From NCBI GenBank assembly GCA_002633005.1, contig NMRA01000005.1, positions 1,098,101-1,162,100 on the forward strand: a stretch of DNA of 64,000 nucleotides. The letters are read 5' to 3'. This DNA comes from Phoronis australis. Taxonomy: Eukaryota; Animalia; Phoronida. This document shows, one piece after another, positions 13,801 to 25,854 of the stretch. The position numbers were made by a program, and so were the translations under genes. Under the pieces are notes generated by a model. It ran no database searches, was not told the DNA's origin, and was given only the letters and a program-made list of their open reading frames with translations. Position 1 is the stretch's first letter, and every line of letters starts with the position of its first letter.

Positions 13801-14123
13801 TTAAATGTGATTAGATTAGTTATCACTGGTTTCAGAATTCTACGTACATGTTAGTATCGGGTGAGTTTTTCTGTCTTAGGCCAAAATGTGTAGGATACAA
13901 AACTCATTCAAATTATGGATTGAGACATATTGACAGTCGTAGCGAAGATTCAAGAATATAAATTTCAGCAATTTTCGTAACCTTGATAGCATTGCTTGCG
14001 CACAAGAAGACATTTTTATCGGGTTTTGCGGGAAGTTGCAACAACTTTTGATTTGTTTTGCTAAGCCGCTTTTTTTCAAATCAGTGACGAATGCAACAAA
14101 TGCCTGCAATAATTTCCACTTAC

Positions 14124-14358
14124 CTCCGCCATTTTTATAACAGAGATACGGAAACCTCCACACGTTCCCTAATCCAACCGCGTAACCGATGCAGGACAAT
14201 AAAAAATCCAACTTTCCTGACCAGTTATCTCGCTCCGGCATATCGTCCGTCGATCCAGATCCTTCCTTTCCATCCTCTGTGCCGTTCAAACGTTCCTTTT
14301 CCGGCACATCGTTTGCGTTCATTTTATCTTCATTGTTGTACAAAGACATTTTAAGCAT
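14124..14358 (-). CDS. SLC6 Na+/Cl--dependent transporter (GlyT/PROT-like branch), first coding exon only
   Basis: Encodes [36 protein letters not shown], the SLC6 TM1 signature; phase-1 donor G|GTAAG at 14124/14123; upstream acceptor CCTTTTTTCGCCAG ending at 14371. Confidence 0.92.
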
Positions 14359-14807
14359 ATGTTGTCAAATCTGGCGAAAAAAGGTCAAATTGGCCTCCAA
14401 ACTCCTTAGTTGTCAGTTTTTACTGCATCTGCTGCTTGATTAGTGCTAGGGCGCCACAAACGCTCAATCCGCGATCTCTTCCTGACCGCTCAGTCGAAGG
14501 CAGCTGTTGATTTTCCCACGTCAAAGTGTTTTGAGACAAGATGGTTTAACTAATAAATCCGTAGCCGAATTAATCCACTTAGCCACCATACATTAAAATT
14601 AATCTTTTATTTTCACCTCTCATGCGAATCTTTCTCCGATTGATCGCGCAGCGCTTCTGGTCTTTCTGGGCTTGGCTGGAAACTATATCGCATTTCGCAG
14701 CGACTCGAATACCACTTTGGACTCAACGCTAGATTGCTCTACGGTACGATAAATCAGATACGCTTGTGCGGCCAACACAATCTGCAAACAATGCGCGGTC
14801 ATCTTAC

Positions 14808-14880
14808 ATAAATCCAAACCCACTGCTGCATTTCTGACTGTTTGAGTGGCGACAAAGAATTACCAATCGTCTTTAAATAG
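14808..14880 (-). promoter_or_regulatory. Possible TATA box and short non-coding first exon of the SLC6 gene
   Basis: Minus-strand TATTTAAA at 14879-14872 and a donor TAT|GTAAGA at 14808/14807 that could pair with the acceptor at 14371. Confidence 0.3.
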
Positions 14881-17800
14881 TGCAGCGTAAATATTTCCCA
14901 ATAACCGAGGACGCTACTGGGTGTTAGGATTGAACACATAAATTACCAATTCAATAGTGGACAAACACAAACGCGAGAGCGCGAATTAACAGTTCTCTGC
15001 CGTTGGATTGTGTTTTTGCAAATATCGCCTGAACTTAAGTTAGACTGTTGATATATCACCATTGATTACGTAATGCATTCGACGAAAGCTCAAATAGAGA
15101 CTGGATCGGTTACGGAATGTAACAAAAACAGATAATTGGTGCAAGTTTACTTTTAAGTCCGGCGTATAATTCAAATTCCGTTTCCCTCAACTGCACTTTC
15201 GGTAGTTACAGCGTGCTTCGAAATAGGCGAGTCATTCCCTTTTTCGCATAGACACTCGTATATATAATCCTTGAAATTGTTTCAATCTTGGTTAGATAAT
15301 CTTAGGAAAATTCGACAGAACTTTACATTTGACAAGTATTTTTCTCCATATCCGTAACAAACAGAGCAAACGTCTTTGACAATCCTCCAAATTGTAATTC
15401 ACGTCTGTTATTTTAGAGTACATGGAATATCCGTAAAAGTTTGATCAGGGACATTTATAAATATTACTGCGTGTGGCTTATCGACGTTACATTATTCTCT
15501 CGGAAATGTCTTTTGGAACTGAAGCGCGAGTTTCAAATCTTAAACACTATTCCTTCAAAGTGACATTATCGGCGATTTTCTCAAAGCAGCCCAATCGCAA
15601 TTTCAAACCGGGACTGAAACTTTTTGGTCGCAGACAAAGGCTTTGCTAACGAGCTGGGCAAGGGCAAATAAAATCGAACATTTACGCTAACGGTCCGCTA
15701 TATGCTATAGAAGTGCCTTCTGTAAAATTGATTTTTGACTCAGATCCGTTACTACTAAACTGGTATCAGCTTCGTCCTTAGTTAGAGGAGAAGTTATTTC
15801 TGGGCTTGGAAAAATCTGTTTCTGTGCTCTTGCTTGAGATCATGCAAAGCGTATAAGATAACCCGCCTTGACAAGTCATGCTACTCAGTTTCCTTTCAAG
15901 CAACGCCAAAATATCGACCTCCGCGACCACAGTTGCACGTAAATCTTCTCTAATCTAAGGAAAAGCCGAGACCATTTTCATAACTGCTAAGTGTAGTGTT
16001 TTCTTATCTGAAGGGGCAGAGGCCTGATTGGAGGGCAGGTGTGACACTACACCAATTTTCTCGCTATTTCTCGTGTACAGTACATGGACAGGTCATTCTT
16101 ATCTCCGTTGGGAATTACTGTGCTGTTTGCCTTAGTCACATTTACTAATGTCCGGTAAAATCTCAAAATTTTCGATCAAAAACAATTGCAAAACTAATGC
16201 CATTTTTTCTTCATACATCGTTGTGAATGCCTAAAGTTTTGCAGAATGTTTGATGGTAACCGTGGTACAAAACTTGAACATCAAAATCATATAACTTGGC
16301 ACTACGTGTATTTAATAGAAAAATGATACAATACAATTGCCCTTGTTGACCACATCGTGTTCGTTATTGGAGAAATTTTACCGTACACAATTTATTTATT
16401 TTTGTTCTCACGCAACACGCGCCACCATGCAGAAGGTAAAGTCAAAATGACATTTTATGAACATCAAAAGACTGCACAGAAACTGGTTTGAATAAGACCG
16501 CTTCACCTTTTATAAGTCAGTAACTCGACTTTTTAGTCAAAAATGGAACGGAAAACAAAGTTTTACAAACTGAGTGCTCCTGGTGGTCTCTCATATAGCC
16601 GGATTCGACGAAAGGTTTATTTTAAGGGTGCATTTCCTCTCTCTGTTTAGCTACCTAAAAACAAAAACAGAATTAGCCTTTTATGACCTAGCGTGATAGG
16701 ATTTCATTTAATTACCAATAAGAATATCGAAACCATCAGCGACTCAAGAAAACGATCCGGAGTTAATTGGTTTTGGCCAACCCTAAAGTAAGCACTTGGA
16801 CGCATTGTGTGTACCTTGAGTTGCCGGCTCATTCGGGAGCCATTCAAGATCGTGGGATGCGTGTGATATTGCTTTAAACCTCAAAGCGCTTCGGTTAATA
16901 AGTCAACATTGGATTGACACTGAGCTAACCAGCGGCGAAGTGCCCCCTTGATATAATCCGTGCAGATATAAATGTTACTTTGGTTTTTGTGACGGATCCC
17001 ATAGCACGCACTGGACAGTTTATTGATATGAGTTGGATATATTCTGGCACTTTGCATTAATGTCTCGCGGGTGGCTTTGAAGCTGACAGCTAATACACAA
17101 CAGTCGGTCGGAGATGCTTAAAGCAAAACTGTCCCGACTTGTTACAATGCAGTATTATTTCACACCACCCTCTGCAGGAATTCGAGTGACCATCTTGGCA
17201 AGAGAAGAGTTCGTGTCTAACGTCTACCAATAGGGTTCAATTGCCAATTGAAAAATGACACGTGCAGGGCAGAGTGTTTGTTTTGAAAGCTTTCGACAAG
17301 CCGATAGCGTGATCCATGACGTGGCCGAATTAGCCAGCAATATTCGCTTATTATGTGCTTTGTCCCACGGTTTTTCACCCTGCGGTCTTCGGCTGTTGAG
17401 AATGTTGCAGAATAGACAAGCGCTGGTCGATATTCGATAAGCCACTGTCCGGAGAATTCGGTCCGGGTGTGAGAAGCTACATAAGCCAACCCACAAGCAA
17501 CGAGCCTCGGTAAAGAAAGAACATCACTTTGGTGATGCACCGAAATAGTACCCCACTTGCGATATTGCCCAAGAACTGCCAGGCGGCTACTAACACAGGT
17601 GTGATATGTTGGCGAGTCGTTCGCGGATGGGAGAACTTGTCACGTCCAGTTTCCTACCACAGGATGCTTTTCCAGATTTGATTCCTTACTAAATGTCATA
17701 GGCGGATTTAGGGCCCTCCCCCTTGGCTGCCGCAAAAATACAGTAAATTTAAAACAGCAAGAGCGTAAGGAAATGTTGAGTTTATTAATTAACCCCGGTA

Positions 17801-18312
17801 ATTAACATTATACGGCTGAAACAAGATTTAAATGTGTGCAGTTTCAGTATTTGGGGGGGGGTGTAAATTCGGAACACGGCGCAATCGTAACGGAACTATG
17901 GCTAAGTATAGGCTCTCCCGCGATATCTCAGGCGACCGGCTGTGGCGCTGGGCACTACAACTCCGTTTCCGTCGTCTGCTCCACTGTGCAATGAAGACAA
18001 TTACTTCATTTTTTAACTTAAAAATGGAACCTTTGTGATGATGAAAAAAGAGAAGCTGCTGGTAAGATGTCAATTTTAATCGAAGCCTTAGTGAATCACT
18101 CAGAAACCCATAATTCTCTCTTTGTCATACCTTAACTTAAGACGATTTCCAAAGCAATCGCGTCATTATTGCCAACACAAAAAACGGATTTGGTCTTATG
18201 TGGGCAATTGAAGACTATTTTAAATACAACAAATTTGTTACGAACTTATTGCACAAAATATAAAACATGTAATAAGCATTACAAAAAGAAGGTATCATTT
18301 TGAGGAGTAAAT

Positions 18313-18375
18313 CGTGGTGGTGCAGTGGTAAAGCACGCGTCCTCTATCCGCCAGGTCGTGTGTTTCGAGTATGTG
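18313..18375 (+). mobile_element. Degenerate tRNA-derived SINE head
   Basis: A-box TGGTGCAGTGG(TAA) and a degenerate B-box GTTTCGAGT about 45 nt later. Confidence 0.35.
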
Positions 18376-18921
18376 GCGTTTGTAGTTTTTCCTGTTTGAC
18401 ACTTTTTTTTTTGCTTTTTTTTTCTTGGATAGTACTTCGGGAATCAAGGAAAATGCTTTTTAGAGGAAAAAACAGAAAAAATCCCTGGGCGGGAGGGGGG
18501 GGCAAACTGTAACATATATAGGCATTGTATTAGCTACAATCACCAAGCCAGCTCTGTTAGTATTATCTGAAGAGAACCTAATAAGGAGTTACTGTACATT
18601 AAAGAGTCATTGACCATTCAGAACCAGCATGCCACTGATTCTCTGAATATCATGCAGAGCTCAGTGACCCTGCAACTATGGTGATGACCAGCTACTGACT
18701 ATATCCTATGTATCTCTCACTTCACTCTATGGATGTTACCTGAGCTGTATGTTGACACTTGTTGTCCTAAATTGTTGTAAATATGATCCTGATGATGTCT
18801 AGTGAAAAGACGAAACGTTGAATTGAACATGAACTTTTTTATTTGTGCGGCGATCGTCCGTTTTTTAATCTTATTGTGGCCAAAAACTGATTTAGTTAAC
18901 GAAATCATATTAGCCACTCGA

Positions 18922-19080
18922 CAGGGGCGGATCCAGGATTTTGAGTTGGGGGGCATGGCATTAGCCAAGATTTCGCCCGTCAGACATTCGCACCCCGAAC
19001 TACCCAATGGAATCTGGGAGAATTTTAGGGGGGGCATGGCTCCCTTCCCCCCCCCCCCTTGCCCCTTAAATCCGACAATG
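18922..19080 (+). mobile_element. hAT-like MITE (~160 bp)
   Basis: Starts CAGGGGCGGATCCAGG, ends CCCCTTAAATCCGACAATG (imperfect TIR); internal sequence shared with 62334-62465. Confidence 0.7.
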
Positions 19081-19150
19081 CGATATTTGCTAGTTGACTT
19101 CTCTTCTTTATACACTCACACATTGCCAAAAGGTAACTGGCTGGTACATA

Positions 19151-19950
19151 TTTTATTTTATTTATTTATTGTAATATTTAAAATGAGGGTGACCTCTTCA
19201 GTGATACCACTGCTTTCCAAGAGAGCCCTCAACAACTAAATACAAAACAGTAAAATAATACAATAAAGTTCTAAAACAATATAAAACAATAATTAAATAC
19301 ATGTAACAAAGATACAATCAAAACAGATTGAGAATTCAGATAATGAAATAAATGACAAAGGATAATGAAAATCTGATTAAATGAGAAGAAATTAATAAAG
19401 AGATGATACTAAATAGCGAGAGTATTTATGGTAATGAAAAATGGCGTAATTAAGACAGGTAAGGTGTAAGAATGATTAAGTAAATTACAGCCACTTTTTA
19501 AAATGAAGTTTGAAAGTATTAATTGAATCGCAGCGTTTAATTTCTGGGCTAACAGAGTTCCATATTGCAGCAGCAGCATAAATAAAAGACCTCTTGCCGG
19601 TCTCGGTTTCAATTGTTTTAAAAGAAACATTACCACCAACGTGTAGAGTATACAGCATGACTGCTACTGAATTTGCGGCTGAGATATGCTGGAGCCAAGC
19701 CAATGATACGTCTGTACATGCAACAGACAGAGACATATTTATTTCTTTGTTTTACTTTCATAAATCCAAGCTTGGAGTACAAGTCGTCGACCCGGGTGTC
19801 CCTTGTTCTAGTACCCAGGATAGCCCTGGCGACTCTATTTTGGATTATTTGGACTTTGCTTACAAGTGTGTCGTTGGTATGCCCCCAAACCGGTAAATAA
19901 TAATCGATGTGAGGCTGCGTAATTGAATGGTAATGTGTCTTACGACTGCA
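19151..19950 (-). mobile_element. 5'-truncated CR1/L2-group LINE: ORF2 C-terminus, 3' UTR and (AATA)n tail
   Basis: YHSITQPHIDYYLPVWG..VQIIQNRVARAIL..GLAPAYLS, a frameshift, then GKRSFIYAAAAIWNSV..FKLHFKKWL* (stop 19485); 3' hairpin CAGTG-GTAT-CACTG and A-rich tail ending ~19151. Confidence 0.88.
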
Positions 19951-20684
19951 ATGCATTGAAGAAAGACGTTCGTGAAAGTCCAGCGAAAACCAGGCTAAAT
20001 GTCCGTCGTTTTTCCTATTTTTTGGTCACAGCTTCGGCGAAGGGGGCACAACCCCTTCTATGTTGGCATAAAACTTCATAATTTCAAAGGTGAAAACAGA
20101 AATCAATAATTAGAAATCAAAGTCTGACACGAACTTTCTCACGAGTTCCCTCTCACTGTCCTCGAACTTGACTGTCAAGATGAAGGCTCAAAATTTTCAC
20201 AAAATATATGACAGCAGTTTCGGAATAAATGATTTTTGATAGGAAAACAAAGACGTACTTTTAATGTAGCTCATAGGATACGGAAACAGAATTTCTAGTT
20301 CCAAATGTCCTGGAAAGTTTTACGTCCCGCTTCGGACATTATCCGGTACATCTTTCTGCAATAAAAAGCACCCACAGCTGCACCCACTGGGTGACTACAA
20401 ACGCGCTGGTAACGTATTTCCGTGCGCATAAGATGCTCTAGTGCTCATCAAGAATTTTAAAAAATGGTTTCATAGCTAGACTGAATCAACCCCTGACTAT
20501 ACGGTGAAGACCTCCAGCTCAAAATTATCAGTTTAGCAAATTAACAGCTAAATACTAACAGTTCTGCAAGTCGTCAAAATCGCTATAGGTGGCGGGGCTT
20601 GAAGACCATTTCGATCGACTATGGTTGCAAAAGTGTTCCCCCAAATAATCGATGCCGTTCATGTGCCATATTGAATGTATACTT

Positions 20685-20834
20685 GCGTGCTTTCAGTAGC
20701 GCTAGGACGTACGCTAGTAGCTAGCTGAAATCTAGCCAGAATCACGTGTTCTCATTGAAAATACGCGGCAATATCTCACGTAATCTCGCGAAGTCTTGCC
20801 TTTTAGCGAGGTCCTAGCGTTACTGAACGGGAGG
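20685..20834. mobile_element. PIF/Harbinger-like MITE, copy 1 (150 bp)
   Basis: Inverted repeat TTCAGTA-GCGCTAGGAC / GGTCCTAGCGTTACTGAA; flanked by CTT on both sides; homologous to 51562-51712. Confidence 0.7.
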
Positions 20835-21411
20835 CTTGTTTTAAGGTAGGCCTACAAAATTCAATATACGCGTACAAAAAATAAATTGCGCGCACAAATG
20901 TATTGATGAGTTAGGGTATCGTCCTTTTTATGTGTAAAAACTTTTGCGAATGCTGCGAATTAATTAAGCACATTTTTACAAAACGCATATGCTTACAACG
21001 ATAGACATCATCATTAAGATGTCTATGCTTACAACCCTTTGGCGCTTCATTTCGGAGAAGTGGACCCCCCTTGCGCCAGGAGTGTCGGTGTTTCCAATGG
21101 CTAATCACGCGATGCTACCGAAACCTGTTGGCAATAATTGGGAGTTTCAAGTTGGCATGTGAAGGCATACAAGAAAATGCTACATATTTTTGATGAATAT
21201 GTAAATCGTTCATGTCCAATGTCTGCAAGTTGTTTATCATCTGAACAAGAGAAAAGAGACCCTTTTTACATGTGTTTGTGTTTCTCGTTTACATGAATAA
21301 CTTCCTTGGTCCACTTGAACACCAAGGTTGGTGTGAAAACTTTATGTATGTGATTGTTGGAGCTTTGTATAATGAAATCATGCACACCAGGCTAATTCAA
21401 TTTCAAGTATC

Positions 21412-21417
21412 TTTATT
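21412..21417 (-). terminator. Candidate IQUB polyadenylation signal AATAAA
   Basis: TTTATT on the plus strand ~340 nt past the IQUB stop codon. Confidence 0.5.
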
Positions 21418-21758
21418 TACAAATTGACAACAATTTCAGTATACACAATAAAACTCATTTTTACAATACTTGACTGTGCACTAAACAGTTTATACCACAA
21501 GAGTTAACTGTTGGGCAGAGACCTTTCAAGGACTATTTGTTTTCTACAACATAAAATAAATAAAATCTTCCAGTTATGCGTTTGAGATGTTATAAAAAGT
21601 TGTTCCAAAATATGGACTGCTCAGAAGAAAAAATTGATCTCCGTAGAATTTTCACAAACAAGTCCCCAAAAGAGCATCCAAGCACAGTTGATAACAAGCT
21701 GTACAAATAATATCCATTATCTACACTTTCCAGGAGAGTCAAGTAGCGCCACCTATCA

Positions 21759-21941
21759 TTATGACACAGCAGAGACTCTCGCCTGTGGCACAGATTGACC
21801 TTGAACTGTGGGTCCATTTTTCATATTTTTATCATTAATTTTCTTCCGCATGTGTTCCGCCATTCCCGGAAGTCGGGAAAAATAGTTTCTTGCCAAAGTG
21901 TGCCTGTGCACACATTTTTGAATGAAGACTTCGCCATAACC
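21759..21941 (-). CDS. IQUB: IQUB coding exon 10 ([10 protein letters not shown]...VSAVS*)
   Basis: Acceptor TTTTCTAG; TAA at 21761-21759. Confidence 0.88.
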   Translation of the reverse strand, partial: GYGEVFIQKCVHRHTLARNYFSRLPGMAEHMRKKINDKNMKNGPTVQGQSVPQARVSAVS

Positions 21942-24900
21942 CTAGAAAAGAAAAAATACATGTTAATAAACATATCTATGGTAGGCAATCAAAAAGTAAT
22001 GAAAATGTTGAAAATCTAGCTGTGGGTGTTTATGCAAACGTAGGTATTAATCTGAATGGATAGGGTAATTATTATTCATATCAACATTACCGTGACAACA
22101 CTCTATAGGTGTTTATGCAAACATTGCTACCTGATTGGATAGGGTAATTATTATTCACATAAACATTACCGTGGCAACACTGTATAGGTGTTTATGCAAA
22201 CATTGGTACCTGAATGAATAGGGTAATTATTATTCATATCAACATTGCCATGGCAACACTATAGGTGTTTATGCATAGTAGGTATTAACATAATTATTAT
22301 TCAAATCAACATCACCATGACAACACTCACCTCGTCGACTTGCTCCAGTTTGGCGTGTGCTGACGCCTCTTCCTTGGTTAACAGCACACAGTTCCACGGT
22401 GACCATTCCACGTGTTTATCCCACCTGACCAGCACAAGGTCATAGAGGTCATCCCAAGCACTGAGAGCTGATTGGCTGTTCCAAACATTCTCCACCAAAT
22501 AGCGGAGATCAGTTTCCTGCACGGAAGGAAAAAGGAATGCATAACGAATCAATGCATAACAACTGACGTGTTGATCTTCAATCACAGTAATGGTGAAAAG
22601 TTTGTGATCAATACCAATGAAAAATGGAAACACGACAAAACGGTCGCTTTCCCCCTGACAGCAAAGAGCAGCGAATAGTCAAGTGACATCTTTTGACAGG
22701 CAGTATCTCGTAAGGCTGACTATGTCAACTGGGTCATTTTGTTCTGATAAGTACAGGCTATTAACAGGTTTTGCCTGAGCTTGCAAATAAAACAACTATC
22801 ACCAACAGCATGGTGAGTCAATCGGTAACACTATTGGATCTGTAATGAATCTAATAGCAAACCACAACATAAGAATTTAGAACAGACACATTGGGTTCAC
22901 AAAGTAAGTGTGTAATAGACTACTTAGTTCTCAATTCTTTACCTGAAGTAGGAAGGCAATCTGTGAATCATCACCAAATGCTTGCTCAGACAGTCGCAGA
23001 GCCTTGAGCATGTATCTGTATGTGCTGAGGTCTTGGCGACCGCGTGCGTCATTATCAAGTTTGAGGCAGGAGCGGCACTTGCCAACGGTGCGAGAGTTGG
23101 ACGAAAGCGCGAACTCAGTCGACGGCAGGTACTTGTTGCAGCTGGCGCAGAAGTAGATGTTCTTGCGCAGCTTGGATGCATCCTGGGGCACCTGTAAAAG
23201 TAAAATTAAGGCATTAGAAATACAACGTAAACAAAGTATGTGTAAGTTTTTGAAAGACAGTAAAACAAAGCAAAGCCAAACATTTCCTAAATAATAAAAA
23301 CTGTTTACCAGAAATCTTACTATTCAAAATTTTCCACTGATATAACACATACCAATGCAAAAATTACAAATGTAATTGATTTTTTCAGGGAATCTCGGAT
23401 AGACTGCAAAAAAACTTGCTTTATTAGATTTAAAATACATGTTATTCAATAGTAGGCATTGTTTGCCAGCAACCCCTCATGTACGCAGACAGTATTTTTC
23501 ATTAAAAAGGACTGACAGATATTCCGTGAGTTTGAAATAGTGTCCATTCTTTGAAGAATTGTCAAATATACCACAAGTTTGAGAGAGTGTTCATTAAAAT
23601 TGTGAACAGACAACACCGCCGTGGATTTAACCAATCCCGTACATTGAATAATTCAATGGAAATTTGTAGACGGCTTCATAACTGAAATCCTCAACATAAA
23701 TTTCCAGACAAAGTTAAGCAACAGTTGCTGTTAACTGCAAATGTTTAGAATATTCCTGTCATTAGAAACTAAAAACAAAGTATTACCTTGAGCAATCTGG
23801 CTGCCTCTGGGTTAAATGTGGGCGTCTTGATGTACTGTAGAAACAGTGTGGATATTCTCTTCCTCAACCCATCTAGGTTACCTTCTTTAACACCTCTCAT
23901 CAGAAGGTCCGCCTCCCTGTCAATCAACTCGATGATTTCCTGGGTGAGCTTGCAGTCATGCTCCTTTGAAAAAATACATCCAGTCAGTTAAAAATAAACC
24001 ATAAATAATTAAGAAAAGTCTTACCTACAACTACAGCTAAATAATTTTTATCTTTACCAGGTTTCAAAAGCACTTCTTAGGTACGGTATATGAAAATTTC
24101 CATAGTTTTATCTAAAAACCCCATGCAGTGCCAATGAGCAAATATTCCTTATTACACATGATAACACCACAGACCAATAGCAGTTCACGCACAGTTTCAG
24201 TGGGAAGATTTACTGCTGATGCACTGCAAGACCACAGTCACTCTTTTTAGGATCAAAGGTCAATGTTTCAACTACAGAGGCCAACTATGGGCATCCACTT
24301 GGATCAGCCAACCATAGTTAATGAAATGAAAATGGTCTCGTTTTGTAGCATCAACTTACCTTGACGGTATGTTTCAGTGTCAACAGTACATCCAGTCTCT
24401 CGTCCTGTGTCAAGTACTTCATATTGATACTGTTGTAAATCTCCATCAGTTCCCTCGCCCGCACTGTGTACGGGGTGTCCATCTCAGTAGTGTTACCATC
24501 AGGACCCTTCCACTTCTTGGGAGCTGCCGCCTGAAAACAAGAAATATTGCTAGATAACAACAGCGTAGGTATTTGTATTTTATGGTTGTCCTCACATGAG
24601 AGTCTCATGGGGTGCTAAGCGATCAGTTTCATAGTAGCGTGATCGGGTATATTTTTGAGAAACAATATGTTTAGAATTTCCACCAGAGTCACTACCTCTC
24701 CAGTTTTCAACATGATGGACAACTAAGATTCAATTTTCGATGACCACATAGTCGAGAACTAATTACTTAAGACATTATCGTGAAGAACAGAGTAAATTAT
24801 GCGCTCAACACTTTTTGCCAGTTAGTGAGCAATGTTCAAAACAATCACTAAGCATTCTTAACATTCAGTGTTTCATCTACAACTTACACAGAAGTGATCA

Positions 24901-25820
24901 TATTAAGTAAATCTTACACATCCAATGTGAAGGTAGCCCCCAACAAAAATGGCGTGTTCTCTATACCCCAAATTGTACCCTTCATCTTTTCAAAAGACAG
25001 TATGTTGAAGCCTATATTGTAAAACATCCCACAGTACCAAAGGCAAATACATTATGTGTTGCCCTGTACCCACCTTCTCCAAAAATGACTGTACGTTAGA
25101 GCCTTTGTTCTCGTTCTCAGCTTCAATCTTGTGCCGGCCAATGGACGCAATGAGCTGCGTCTCCTGCTCCAGCAGTTGGCATAATGCTGCCTTCCTCTCC
25201 GCCCCCGTCAGTGATTGGTTGATCTTGTCTAGCTCTTCCTGCCTCCATTCTGAAATTTACGGACATTTTGGTTGATGTTGAGACTTAGGGTACGAGCACA
25301 GTGCAAGTAATGCTGTGATACTTTATCAAACTTACAGCAAAACAACGGTGCACCATAACTAAACAACAAAACACTTCAGCCTGCTGACCAGTTACAACAA
25401 CTACGCCAGCAGTCAACCCCGCCACGGATTCAGGTCTTATACAGAGCTTTTCAGGAATCAATATTGCTTTAAAAATATAATGCTGATTATAAAATAACAA
25501 TTCAACCACTAATAGTAAGGAAAATATGTTTCAGCAACATCGAATGAAAACAAATTGTCCAACTATGAGGGGAGTTACATTAATTTGAAGAGTGAACCAG
25601 CAAAGTGCGTTCTGCTTGTAAACTGCTTTCTGGAGAAACTTGACACCCCAGACAGAAATTGTGTAACCAAAAGCAGTTCTTCAGGCCTCAGGAGAAAACT
25701 TGGTTATGGTTTTCCTGATTTACTCATTTCCATTGCGTGTAAACTAGATCAAAGTCCTGACTCAGAGTTTATTCACCATTCAAACTCTCAGCAAATTCAC
25801 AACAGTGATGATGATGATAA

Positions 25821-25854
<34 letters not shown>

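Noticed and set aside
13876-14123. Continuation of the SLC6 ORF after NGGG
   Set aside because: Intron read-through past the GTAAG donor; no SLC6 similarity.
22025-22330. Regularly spaced repeats as a CRISPR array
   Set aside because: Whole units are similar with no unique spacers, no cas genes, eukaryotic intron.
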